This document shows positions 10,672 to 19,263 of a stretch of DNA of 36,725 bases, piece after piece. A program made the position numbers and the translations under genes. The stretch is from an uncultured bacterium (GTDB taxonomy: Bacteria > Bipolaricaulota > Bipolaricaulia > UBA7950 > UBA9294): contig CAIMCX010000021.1 in the NCBI GenBank assembly GCA_903839615.1, positions 1 through 36,725 on the forward strand. The letters run 5' to 3'. Positions within the stretch are counted from its first letter, which is position 1; each line of letters begins with the position of its first letter. The notes under the pieces are model-generated. The model did no database searches. It was not told the DNA's origin and worked only from the letters and a program-made list of their open reading frames with translations.

Positions 10672-11226
10672 ATGGCGGGCCGACGGGCGAGGGTCGTGCG
10701 ATCAAGTGTCTTCGTCGCCCTCGCGCTCCTTTTCCTCTACGCCAGCGCAGTGGGCTTCCGCGTTCTCTACCCCGCGGAGCGGATCGACCTCGTGCGCGCC
10801 ACGGCCGCGGCCGCCGGCCTCGACCCCGCCCTCGTGTGCTCCGTCGTCCGCGCCGAGAGCCGTTTCCACGCAGACGCCGTATCGTCGCGCGGCGCCGTCG
10901 GCCTGATGCAGCTGATGCCGGACACGGCCGACTGGATCGCCCAGCGCCTCGGATTCGCGACACCCGATCTCTACGATCCCGAGATGAACTTGCGCCTCGG
11001 AACCTGGTATCTGCGCTATCTCATCGACCGATACGGCCGCGTCGATCTTGCGCTCACTGCCTACAACGCCGGCCCGTCGCGCGTCGACCAGTGGGTGACC
11101 GGCGGACAGACGGCCTTCGCCGAGACCGCCGGTTTCGTCCGCCGCGTTCTCCGCGCCGTGCCCGTGTATCGCGTCGTTCTCGGCGCGCCGATTCTCGTCC
11201 AGATTACGCCTTCGCTCCTCTTCTAG
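10672..11226 (+). CDS. Lytic transglycosylase (SLT domain) with N-terminal membrane anchor
   Basis: VRAESRF, GAVGLMQLMPDTA, AYNAG and ET motifs. Start codon is uncertain. Confidence 0.92.
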   Translation: MAGRRARVVRSSVFVALALLFLYASAVGFRVLYPAERIDLVRATAAAAGLDPALVCSVVRAESRFHADAVSSRGAVGLMQLMPDTADWIAQRLGFATPDLYDPEMNLRLGTWYLRYLIDRYGRVDLALTAYNAGPSRVDQWVTGGQTAFAETAGFVRRVLRAVPVYRVVLGAPILVQITPSLLF

Positions 11227-11228
11227 CG

Positions 11229-11257
11229 TTGCAGGCCGAAGTCCGTTGGGCTAGCAT
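11229..11257 (+). promoter_or_regulatory. Putative sigma70 promoter of acs (TTGCAG-17-TAGCAT)
   Basis: Hexamer match with 17-bp spacer upstream of the AGGAGG RBS. Confidence 0.45.
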
Positions 11258-11296
11258 CTCGACCTGTTTTCACACCGCGCTACAGGAGGTTCCAAC

Positions 11297-13255
11297 GTGT
11301 CGGAGGCGAAGAAGTGGGTCAAGAAAGACCCAACGCGTGAGAACGTCTTCTGGCCCACAGACGAACTGAAGAAGCGAGCGTGGGTCTCGGACGAGGCGAT
11401 CTACAAGAAGGCAGCGGCGGATCCCGTCGCATTCTGGTCCCAGTTCGCCGAGGAATTGCACTGGTTCAAGAGATGGGACAAGGCCTACGACCCAACTCCC
11501 TACGCCTACAAGTGGTTTGTCGGTGGGAAGATCAACCTCTCCTACAACAGCCTCGACCGGCACATCCAGGCCGGCCACGGCGACCGGGTCGCCATCATCT
11601 GGGAACCCGAGCCGATTGAGGAGAAGGCCGTCCGCATCACGTACAAAGAGCTCCACGAGCGCGTCTGCAAGTTCTCGAACGGCCTCAAGTCCCTCGGCGT
11701 GAAGAAGGGCGATCGCGTCGGCATCTACATGCCGATGATCCCGGAAGCCGTTATCGCCATGCAAGCCTGCGCCCGCATCGGCGCGCCGCACAGCGTCGTC
11801 TTCTCCGCCTTCAGCCCGGAGTCGCTGCGCGACCGCATGGATGACGCCGGCGCGAAGGTCGTCGTCACGGCCGACGGCTACTATCGCCGCGGCAAGCCGA
11901 TCGACCTCAAGAAGGCCGCCGAGCAGGGCTGCGAGGGAACGAAGGTGGAGAAGATCGTTGTCGTGAAGCGCCTCGACGGCTCGGCGCCGATGAAGGCCGG
12001 CCGCGACGTCTGGTATCACGACCTCGTCGCCAAGGCGTCGGCCGATTGCCCGGCCGAAGAACTCGACGCCGAACATCTGTCGTTCCTGCTCTACACCTCA
12101 GGCACGACAGGCAAGCCGAAGGGCATCATGCACACGACCGGCGGGTACGCCGTGCAGTCCTACGTGACCGCGAAGTGGAACTTCGACATGCACCCCGGCG
12201 ACATCTTCTGGTGCACGGCCGATGTCGGCTGGGTCACCGGCCACACGTACATCAACTACGGACCCTTGATGAACGGCGTCACGTCGTTCATGTACGAGGG
12301 CTCTCCCGACATGCCCGACTACGGCCGCATGTGGGACATGGTCCAGAGGCACAAGATCACCCAGCTCTACACCGCGCCGACCCTCATCCGCATGCTGATC
12401 AAGCAGGGCGACGAGTGGCCGGCGAAGTACGACCTCTCGAGCCTCCGCGTCCTCGGCACGGTCGGCGAGCCGATCAACGTCGACGCGTGGATGTGGTACT
12501 TCGAGAAGATCGGTGGCGAGCGCTGCCCGATCATTGACACATGGTGGCAAACGGAGACCGGCGCGAACATGGTCAACAACCTGCCCGGCATCGGGCCGTT
12601 CATCCCGACCGTCGCTGGTCGCGGATTCCCCGGCGTCTTGGGTGACATCCTCGACTCGGGCGGCCAGTCAATGAAGGTCAACGAGGGCGGCTACCTCGCG
12701 ATCTTCAGCCCGTTCCCGCCGTCCCTCACGCGCGGCATCTACGGCGACATGGAGCGGTTCAGGAACCAGTACTTCTCGGACTACGGCCCGGATCGCTACT
12801 TCACGAGCGACGGCGCCCGCAAGGATGAGATGGGCAACTTCCGCATCACCGGCCGTGTCGACGACGTCATGAACGTCGCCGGCCACCGCCTGGCGACCGC
12901 CGAGGTCGAGAGCGCGCTGGCGCAGAACAGCAACGTCAGCGAAGTCGCTGTTGTTTCCAAGCCGCACGACCTGAAGGGCGAGGTTCCGGTGGCGTTCGTG
13001 CTCCTGCGCAAGGGGGTCGAGCCGTCGGAAGAGATCCGCAAGGACCTCCTGGCAACGGTCAACCGCGTGATCGGTCCTACCGGACGGCCGGAGGAGATCA
13101 TCTTCGCGCACGACGTGCCGAAGACCCGCAGCGGCAAGATCATGCGACGCATCCTGAAGTCCCTCGTTCGCGACGAACCGATCGGCGACCTAACAACGCT
13201 CCTGAACCCGGAGACCGTCGAGGAGCTCAAGAAGGCCGTCGGCTACAAGGGATAG
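11297..13255 (+). CDS. acs: AMP-forming acetate--CoA ligase
   Basis: [33 protein letters not shown] and [11 protein letters not shown]; AGGAGG RBS with GTG start. Confidence 0.96.
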   Translation: MSEAKKWVKKDPTRENVFWPTDELKKRAWVSDEAIYKKAAADPVAFWSQFAEELHWFKRWDKAYDPTPYAYKWFVGGKINLSYNSLDRHIQAGHGDRVAIIWEPEPIEEKAVRITYKELHERVCKFSNGLKSLGVKKGDRVGIYMPMIPEAVIAMQACARIGAPHSVVFSAFSPESLRDRMDDAGAKVVVTADGYYRRGKPIDLKKAAEQGCEGTKVEKIVVVKRLDGSAPMKAGRDVWYHDLVAKASADCPAEELDAEHLSFLLYTSGTTGKPKGIMHTTGGYAVQSYVTAKWNFDMHPGDIFWCTADVGWVTGHTYINYGPLMNGVTSFMYEGSPDMPDYGRMWDMVQRHKITQLYTAPTLIRMLIKQGDEWPAKYDLSSLRVLGTVGEPINVDAWMWYFEKIGGERCPIIDTWWQTETGANMVNNLPGIGPFIPTVAGRGFPGVLGDILDSGGQSMKVNEGGYLAIFSPFPPSLTRGIYGDMERFRNQYFSDYGPDRYFTSDGARKDEMGNFRITGRVDDVMNVAGHRLATAEVESALAQNSNVSEVAVVSKPHDLKGEVPVAFVLLRKGVEPSEEIRKDLLATVNRVIGPTGRPEEIIFAHDVPKTRSGKIMRRILKSLVRDEPIGDLTTLLNPETVEELKKAVGYKG

Positions 13256-13291
13256 GGTACGTGCCAGTGAACGGCACACGGAGAAGCTACG

Positions 13292-13320
13292 GAGGGGCGG
13301 CACGGCCGCCCCTCTCTCTT
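13292..13320 (+). terminator. GC-rich hairpin downstream of acs
   Basis: GAGGGGCGGC-acg-GCCGCCCCTC perfect 10-bp stem followed by a pyrimidine run TCTCTT. Confidence 0.6.
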
Positions 13321-13334
13321 CGGGGGAGGGACCG

Positions 13335-14603
13335 ATGACTGAAGTGGCGAAGGAGAGGCAGCTCGAGACGTCGCGCTGGATGTATGTCGGAGTCGGGTTT
13401 CTGATCAATATCTGCCTTGGCGCGGTCTACGCGTTCAGCGTGTTCCGCGGACCGCTCAAGACGCTGTGGAGCATCACGGACACCCAGGTTGGGTTTCCGT
13501 ACATGATCTTCCTCGGCATGTTCGCCCTCGGCATGGCGCTCGCCGGCCCGCTGGTCGAGAAATGGGGTCCGCGCAAGACGAGCCTTCTTGGCGGGGCGCT
13601 TGTAGGCAGCGGATGGATCCTGTCGGGTCTCTCGCCCAACATCTGGATCCTGACGCTTCTCTACGGTGTGGTCGGGGGAAGCGGAGTCGGCGTGATGTAC
13701 GGCTGCCCGATCGCCGTGTCCGGCAAGTGGTTCCCGGACAGGAAGGGCCTCGCCGTCGGGCTCACCGTCATGGGCTTCGGCCTATCGGCCCTCATCCTCG
13801 CACCGATCGCCGACTCGCTCATCACCTCGATGGGCGTCATCCGAACGTTCAGCGTGCTGGGTGGGGTCTTCCTCGTCCTCCTGCTCGCGCTCGCGCTGCC
13901 TCTCAAGTTCCCGCCGCAGGGCTGGGCACCCAAAGGTTGCGAGCCTGCTGTGAACAAGCCGGGGAAGACACCTGCTTGCGTCTTCGGGGACCTGGACCGG
14001 GGGCAGATGATTAGGCAGCCAGCGTTCTACGCGCTCTGGGGCTGCTACACGATCGGTTGCCTTGCCGGTCTGATGTCGATCGGCATCGCCAAGCCGTTCG
14101 GCCTGGAAGTCGCCGGAGTCTCGAGCACGTTGGCAACGCTCGCGGTATCCATCTTCGCCATCCCGAACGCCGTGGGGCGGCCGCTGTTCGGGTGGCTCAC
14201 CGATCGTTTGACGCCGCGCTATGCCGCGGCCATGTCCTTCGTGCTAATCCTGGTTGCAGCGGCTCTCGTCTACTTCCTTGGCAAGGGCAGCACAGCGATC
14301 TACTTCGTCTCGTTCGTCCTCCTCTACCTCAACCTGGGTGGGTGGCTGGCGATCGCGCCGACGGCCACGGCAACGTTCTTCGGGACAAAGCACTACGCGC
14401 GGAACTACGGCATCGTGTTCACGGCGTACGGAGTCGGAGCGATCCTCGGTACGACGCTCTACGGCGTCATCCGCGACAAGTGGGGCGCTCTCCCTGTCTT
14501 CCTTCCCGTGATGGGACTCGCCGTTCTCGGACTCATCGTCGCGCTGGTGGGCCTCAAGTCGACCCCTCTTCCAGGAGTGTCGGGCGCCGCAGCAAAGGAG
14601 TAG
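13335..14603 (+). CDS. OFA-family (oxalate/formate/monocarboxylate) MFS transporter
   Basis: GAVYAFSVF, KWFPDRKGLAVG, GRPLFGWLTDR and FFGTKHYARNYGIVFTAYG. Confidence 0.9.
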   Translation: MTEVAKERQLETSRWMYVGVGFLINICLGAVYAFSVFRGPLKTLWSITDTQVGFPYMIFLGMFALGMALAGPLVEKWGPRKTSLLGGALVGSGWILSGLSPNIWILTLLYGVVGGSGVGVMYGCPIAVSGKWFPDRKGLAVGLTVMGFGLSALILAPIADSLITSMGVIRTFSVLGGVFLVLLLALALPLKFPPQGWAPKGCEPAVNKPGKTPACVFGDLDRGQMIRQPAFYALWGCYTIGCLAGLMSIGIAKPFGLEVAGVSSTLATLAVSIFAIPNAVGRPLFGWLTDRLTPRYAAAMSFVLILVAAALVYFLGKGSTAIYFVSFVLLYLNLGGWLAIAPTATATFFGTKHYARNYGIVFTAYGVGAILGTTLYGVIRDKWGALPVFLPVMGLAVLGLIVALVGLKSTPLPGVSGAAAKE

Positions 14604-14626
14604 GGGATCCACAAGCTTGTCTTCGT

Positions 14627-14660
14627 CGGGGCGGCCTCTCCCGGCCGCCCCGCTCCTTTC
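14627..14660 (+). terminator. GC-rich hairpin downstream of the OFA transporter
   Basis: CGGGGCGGCC-tctccc-GGCCGCCCCG 10-bp stem followed by CTCCTTTC. Confidence 0.6.
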
Positions 14661-14736
14661 GGGAAGCGCCGGAGCGGGCTCACCTCGTCGGTAGCCGCCT
14701 CCCTCTCGCCACGCTAAGCTTTCGCTCAGGAGGGCC

Positions 14737-15288
14737 ATGGCCAAGAGTCTCAACAACCTCGTGTGGGTCGACCTCGAGACGACAGGACTCGATCCCGACT
14801 CGCGCGTCATCCTCGAAATCGCGTGCCTCGTGACGGACGGAGACCTGAGCGAGCTCGGCGACGGAATCGATCTCGTCGTACACCAGGAAGGCCACGCAAT
14901 CGGTCAGCTTGATCCATGGTGCGTCAAACAGCACGGCGCGAGCGGACTCCTCGAAGCATCTCGTGCTTCCAAGACCTCGCTCGTCGAAGCGGAAGCACTG
15001 ACTCTGGCCTACGTGCGCAAGCACTGCCTGTCAGGAAAGGCGCCGCTCTCCGGCAACAGCGTCTGCTTCGACCGCCGCTTCCTCATCCGCCACATGCCGA
15101 AACTTGAGGCCTACTTCCACTACCGCAACGTGGACGTAAGCTCGATCAAGGAGCTCGTCCGCCGGTGGCGCCCGGGCATGGTCGACAAGGTGACCAAGGC
15201 ATCACGCCACCGGGCGCTCGACGACATTCGAGAGTCCATCGCCGAGCTGCGCGTCTACCGCGATGCGTTCTTCAAGGAGCCCGCGTGA
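14737..15288 (+). CDS. orn: Oligoribonuclease (DEDDh)
   Basis: LVWVDLETTGLD, GNSVCFDRRFL, HYRNVDVSSIKEL and HRALDDIRESIAEL. Confidence 0.95.
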   Translation: MAKSLNNLVWVDLETTGLDPDSRVILEIACLVTDGDLSELGDGIDLVVHQEGHAIGQLDPWCVKQHGASGLLEASRASKTSLVEAEALTLAYVRKHCLSGKAPLSGNSVCFDRRFLIRHMPKLEAYFHYRNVDVSSIKELVRRWRPGMVDKVTKASRHRALDDIRESIAELRVYRDAFFKEPA

Positions 15289-16253
15289 GCGAACTCGTCG
15301 GCTGGAAGGACATCGAGGCGGCGCGCGGCCGCATCGCTCTTCTCGCCCACCGAACACCCGTGCACACGTCGCGGCTCCTCGATGCAGCCTGCGGCGCGAG
15401 CGTCTTCCTCAAGTGCGAGAGCTTCCAGCGAGCGGGATCGTTCAAGTTCCGCGGCGCATCGAACGCTGTCGCCGCGCTGTCGCCGGCCGAGTGGACGCGC
15501 GGCGTGGCCGCCGACTCAAGCGGCAACCACGCCCAGGCACTCGCATTCGCCGCGTGCCTGCATCAGATTCCCGCCACGCTGGTCATGCCCGAGAATGCGA
15601 ACCCCGCCAAGGTTGAAGCAACGCGGGGCTACGGTGCCCGCGTCGTCTTCTGCCCGCCGACACACACGGGCCGCCGCGAGGCCGTCAAGCACGCGGTAGA
15701 AGAGAGTGGCGCCGTCTACGTTTCGCCGCACGACAACCCGTTCGTCATCGCCGGGCAGGCAACGGCGGCATGCGAGCTCTTCGAGGATGTTCGAGACCTG
15801 GATATGATCCTCGCGCCCCTCGGCGGCGGCGGTCTTCTCTCCGGCACGCTCCTCGCCGCGCGGCACATGGCTCGAGAAGTGAGGGTCGTCGGCTGCGAAC
15901 CGGCCGGCGCCGATGACGCTGCGCGCTCACTGAGAACGGGCGAACGCGTCACGGACTTCGTGCCGCGCACGATGGCCGACGGCCTGCGGACGCCGCTCGG
16001 CGAGCTGCCGTTTGAGATTCTTCGAGCGCACGGACTCGACGACGTCATTCTCGTCGAGGAGGACGACATCTTGATGGCCATGCGTTTCGTCTGGGAGAGA
16101 ACGAAGCTCGTGATTGAGCCCTCCGCGGCCGTCGCCGTCGCCCCGCTCCTGCTCGGGAAGTTCGATGCCGCAGGGAAGCGCGCCGGCGTGATCCTCTCGG
16201 GGGGCAACGTCGACCTCGGTCCACTCTTCGCAACTCTGAAAGGAGCCAAGTGA
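15285..16253 (+). CDS. PLP-dependent threonine/serine dehydratase (serine racemase-like)
   Basis: GTGA overlap with orn; LKCESFQRAGSFKFRGA, SSGNHAQ, GGGGLLSG, EPSAA and SGGN; no ACT domain. Confidence 0.92.
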   Translation: MSELVGWKDIEAARGRIALLAHRTPVHTSRLLDAACGASVFLKCESFQRAGSFKFRGASNAVAALSPAEWTRGVAADSSGNHAQALAFAACLHQIPATLVMPENANPAKVEATRGYGARVVFCPPTHTGRREAVKHAVEESGAVYVSPHDNPFVIAGQATAACELFEDVRDLDMILAPLGGGGLLSGTLLAARHMAREVRVVGCEPAGADDAARSLRTGERVTDFVPRTMADGLRTPLGELPFEILRAHGLDDVILVEEDDILMAMRFVWERTKLVIEPSAAVAVAPLLLGKFDAAGKRAGVILSGGNVDLGPLFATLKGAK

Positions 16254-16711
16254 CTCAACAGAGACTCGATGCCTTCTGCGGACTCTACTGCGGGGCCTGT
16301 CTGATCTACCAGTGCACCCAGAACGGCGATCTTGCTCAGGCGGCCGCCGCGTTCGGCCGGCCGGAGGAAGGCCTCGCCTGCGATGGTTGCCGCTCGAGCC
16401 GAGTGACGCTTGCCTGCGGCGACTGCTGGTACCGCGACTGCCCGACTGGGAAGGGCTACTCGTCCTGCGCGGACTGCCCGGAAATGCCCTGCGCCGCACT
16501 CCGGGACCTCCGGACGCGGCGTCCACACCTGGCTGAACTCGTGGACAACCTCCAAGCGTTGCGCGCCGATGGCAGCGCCCGCTGGTGCGCCGACCAGGCC
16601 AAGCGCTGGACGTGCCCGTCGTGCGGCAAACCGACCTGGTGGTACGAGACGACGTGCTCGAAGTGCGGAGCAGTCACTCCGACCGGCTTCCCGCCGCCCG
16701 AGCGGCACTAG
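16250..16711 (+). CDS. DUF3795-like cysteine-rich protein with C-terminal zinc ribbon
   Basis: CGLYCGAC, CDGC, CADCPEMPC and CPSCG...CSKCG; GTGA overlap with the dehydratase. Confidence 0.8.
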   Translation: MTQQRLDAFCGLYCGACLIYQCTQNGDLAQAAAAFGRPEEGLACDGCRSSRVTLACGDCWYRDCPTGKGYSSCADCPEMPCAALRDLRTRRPHLAELVDNLQALRADGSARWCADQAKRWTCPSCGKPTWWYETTCSKCGAVTPTGFPPPERH

Positions 16712-16771
16712 CCCACTCCGGGCCCAGCTCACTCGCTCTTGCGGCGCCGAGTGCGTCCCGAGGCCCGGCTG

Positions 16772-17539
16772 CTAGTCCGGAGATGAGTTTCTCCAGAAGG
16801 TCTTCGCGAGCCACTGGTCGATTGGCGAGAATCGTCCCCGACCGTGCTGCAGCATGTAGAAGCAGTAGTCCACGGGCAGGATCCGTCGGGCGAGGAGCAT
16901 CCACGCAACGCGGCCTCCGTAGTAAGAGACGAGGAGGATCGCAAGAACGTAGATCAGGAAGACGAAGCGATCCTCTCTCAAGGCCGCGGGCGCCGCGAGA
17001 AACCCGGCAATGGCCGCGGCGGCCGGCAATCCCATCACAAGCAGCCGGCGAACCTGGATCTCGATTTCCCTTCTCTGCGCCGGGATCGCAAGGTCGTGCT
17101 CGTTGATCGTGAGCCGCCGGACGCGGAAGTAGGCCTGTACGGCATGCTCGAACGAGCGTCGCCTCGATTCGGAAAACGTCTCGTAGCCCGGGATGTCGAA
17201 CGCGTAGTCCGAGCCCTTGGGCGGCTTCGACGGCACGAGAGTGACGCTCCGACCGTGCGCGTGGTCGGCCAGGAGTCGCATCAGGTGTCCGATCACTCGG
17301 AGTTCGTAACTGAGAAAGGCTCCCGCAGGACCAAACAACGTGAGCGTCCCGACGTCCTCGGCGGGGAAACGGTCACCGAATCGAGACCGCACGACGTCCT
17401 CGCTCTCGCCGATTGCCAAGATGAGGCCGCGGCGCTTGTTGACGACGATCCGGTTCGGGAACTCAAGATGAGCGCCCGATTTGCGGTCCTCGATGCGCAG
17501 CCTCGCAGGATCGAGTTGGAAGACGAACTCACTGGCCAC
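16772..17539 (-). CDS. Hypothetical membrane protein: degenerate MreB-like N-terminal half plus two C-terminal TM helices
   Basis: 255-aa ORF from GTG 17539. The N-terminus aligns by eye with MreB residues ~8-50 and with the ERRAV helix region; hydrophobic segments LLVMGLPAAAAIAGFLAA and FVFLIYVLAILLVSYYGG. Confidence 0.7.
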   Translation of the reverse strand: MASEFVFQLDPARLRIEDRKSGAHLEFPNRIVVNKRRGLILAIGESEDVVRSRFGDRFPAEDVGTLTLFGPAGAFLSYELRVIGHLMRLLADHAHGRSVTLVPSKPPKGSDYAFDIPGYETFSESRRRSFEHAVQAYFRVRRLTINEHDLAIPAQRREIEIQVRRLLVMGLPAAAAIAGFLAAPAALREDRFVFLIYVLAILLVSYYGGRVAWMLLARRILPVDYCFYMLQHGRGRFSPIDQWLAKTFWRNSSPD

Positions 17540-17547
17540 GGTGTGCG

Positions 17548-17576
17548 ATCCTACGGTCCCGCAGGACGTTCCACAA
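17548..17576 (-). promoter_or_regulatory. Putative promoter of the MreB-like gene (TTGTGG-17-TAGGAT)
   Basis: The -10 box ends 8 nt before the GTG; no strong Shine-Dalgarno sequence. Confidence 0.4.
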
Positions 17577-17625
17577 GGGACGCAGGGCATCTGACTTCTC
17601 CTGCTGAGGCTCCCTCTCTCGGCGT

Positions 17626-17965
17626 CCTGCGAACCTCGTTGCTGTGGGATGCCTGATCTGCACGGGCATCGCGAACACCCACTCCAACGGCCCCGAGCCA
17701 CCCCTCTACCAAACGGACGTGCCTCCCGAAACTCCGGGGTCGCATCATGCGCCCCAACGACGCGGTGAGCCAGGCGATGTACCCACTGGGGCTTGTCATC
17801 GCCGCGCCTCTCATCACCGGGTTCGGTGTGCGTCCGCTCCTCTCCGCCGGCGGCGGTTGCCTGCTCTCCCCTGGGCTCTTCGCGTTCATCCCGATCGTCC
17901 GGAACCTGGAGTCCAGTCTCGACCGGCGGAAGAAGGCACCGGAGGTGGAAGAGGTCGCGGGCTGA
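17626..17965 (+). pseudogene. 3' relic of an MFS (MefA/DHA3-like) exporter with a +1 frameshift
   Basis: GIANTHSNGP..LYQTDVPPE, then an extra A near 17731, then LRGRIM..SQAMYPLGLVIAAPL..FGVR..IPIVRNLE, matching MFS TM10-12. Confidence 0.65.
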
Positions 17966-18011
17966 GGCTCGCAGGACTCAGCGCACAGGCCGCTGCGAGC
18001 AACCAGCCGGA

Positions 18012-18152
18012 AACGGCCACCGCGGCGGCTTCCCCGGCGTCGAGGCATTCGTCACGTGTCACCTCGCGACCGACCACACGCTCGTCGTCCTGTCGAACTG
18101 CCATGACCCAGCCTTCCCGCTCATGGAGGAGTCCCAGCGGCAGTTTGCGAGG
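18012..18152 (+). pseudogene. C-terminal relic of a serine hydrolase / beta-lactamase-like gene
   Basis: GHRGGFPGVEAFV...TLVVLSN matches the GHxGG..G / VLSN C-terminal pattern; no SxxK motif or start codon. Confidence 0.55.
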
Positions 18153-18254
18153 TGCTGCAGGGGCTTGAAGGGCAACGAGCTCAGGGCTTGCCCCGGCCGT
18201 CCACGCCGACCAACGCCAAGAGCAAGATGCTGCCGCAGCAGCTCACTGGTCTAG

Positions 18255-19077
18255 CTACTGGTCATCGTCTGGGCCATCAGTCTGGAACGCCGCCCACACG
18301 ATTGCATGTGCGCTGAACCCCGGTCGGCCAGCTGGGAGTCGACGCCCCAGGAGCCGAGCCACTCGAGCCTAGTCGTTGCGCTGTGTCGAACGCCACGTAG
18401 TCCACCCCGCTCCTGCTGGCTGCATTCCACCCCTCTGAGAGCACAATTTCGCTCACGTTCAGGTCGCCGCAGAGGACGGGATCTCGTTCGGCGGGGTCCG
18501 CGGCCAGAAGCGCACCTAGCGCTCCAGCGAGCTTCTGCGCCTCTCCTTCCGACGACGCTGAACTGCCCCCGCTTGCGCCGTGATAGTCAACCAGTGTGAA
18601 GTCGAACTACCCGGCCCGGTAACTGGCCCAGAAGGGAGGTCTCACATCGAAGACGGGTGAGTCCGGGATTTCGTTCACCGTGCCCTCCCGCCCTGTCCCC
18701 GTCACGACGGAAGAGTTGTATAGGATCGCGCAGTGCTCGTATCGAGTGCCGTACCTGAAGACACTCGAGAGGCGACACAACCACTCGACACCGCTCGCAA
18801 CGTCCATCAGCTGAAGCAGCTTGTCGACTTGGCATGTTGCACCCGCGCACCCGTAGCACTTCCGCCCGCCTTCCGATGCCCTCATGACCTCCTGGCATGC
18901 GACGACGTCATACTGGCACAGAATGCGCGCCAGCTCCGAAAGGCGTGCATCTCTGCAGTCTGTGCCCCCGCAGCCGAACCTGTTCAGATTGGCAGTGGCT
19001 ATCCGGACTGCGCCGAGCCCACCTGAAGAAGCCAGCACCACAACCAGCATGATCGTCATCGCGGTACTTCTCACCAT
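18255..19077 (-). pseudogene. Secreted DNase I-like endonuclease/exonuclease/phosphatase (EEP), disrupted
   Basis: Signal peptide, RIATANLNRFG, YDVVACQEV and RPPFWASYRAG. After the in-frame TAG at 18607-18609 the same frame continues FDFTLVDYH...LCGDLN...VDYV; the terminal SAHAIVWAAFQTDGPDDDQ* lies in a shifted frame. Confidence 0.8.
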
Positions 19078-19202
19078 GACTCCCTCTCTTCTAGCGGCGC
19101 CGAACGTTTGAGCCAGGTCACCGCATTTGCGTTCTCTGGGTGATGGCTCTTCACCATGCCATGCGCGGTTGGAGTGCAAGCCAGCGAGGGTCCAGGAGAG
19201 GC

Positions 19203-19230
19203 TTGACGGCAGAGCTGCGCGCGCTAGAAT
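19203..19230 (+). promoter_or_regulatory. sigma70 promoter of the TetR operon (TTGACG-16-TAGAAT)
   Basis: Near-consensus hexamers immediately upstream of the palindrome. Confidence 0.75.
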
Positions 19231-19250
19231 ATGAATGAACGTTCATTCAT
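19231..19250. promoter_or_regulatory. Perfect 20-bp palindrome ATGAATGAACGTTCATTCAT, probable TetR operator
   Basis: Perfect inverted repeat between the -10 box and the AGGAGG RBS of tetR. Confidence 0.85.
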
Positions 19251-19263
19251 GCAGGAGGCGACG

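Noticed and set aside
18607-18609. In-frame TAG in the EEP nuclease as pyrrolysine or programmed readthrough
   Set aside because: Further frameshifts and a degenerate SDH motif follow, and many intact genes here end in TAG, so simple decay is more parsimonious.
19231-19263. TetR start at ATG 19231 as given in the ORF track
   Set aside because: That ATG lies within the operator palindrome directly after the -10 box; the AGGAGG RBS supports ATG 19264.
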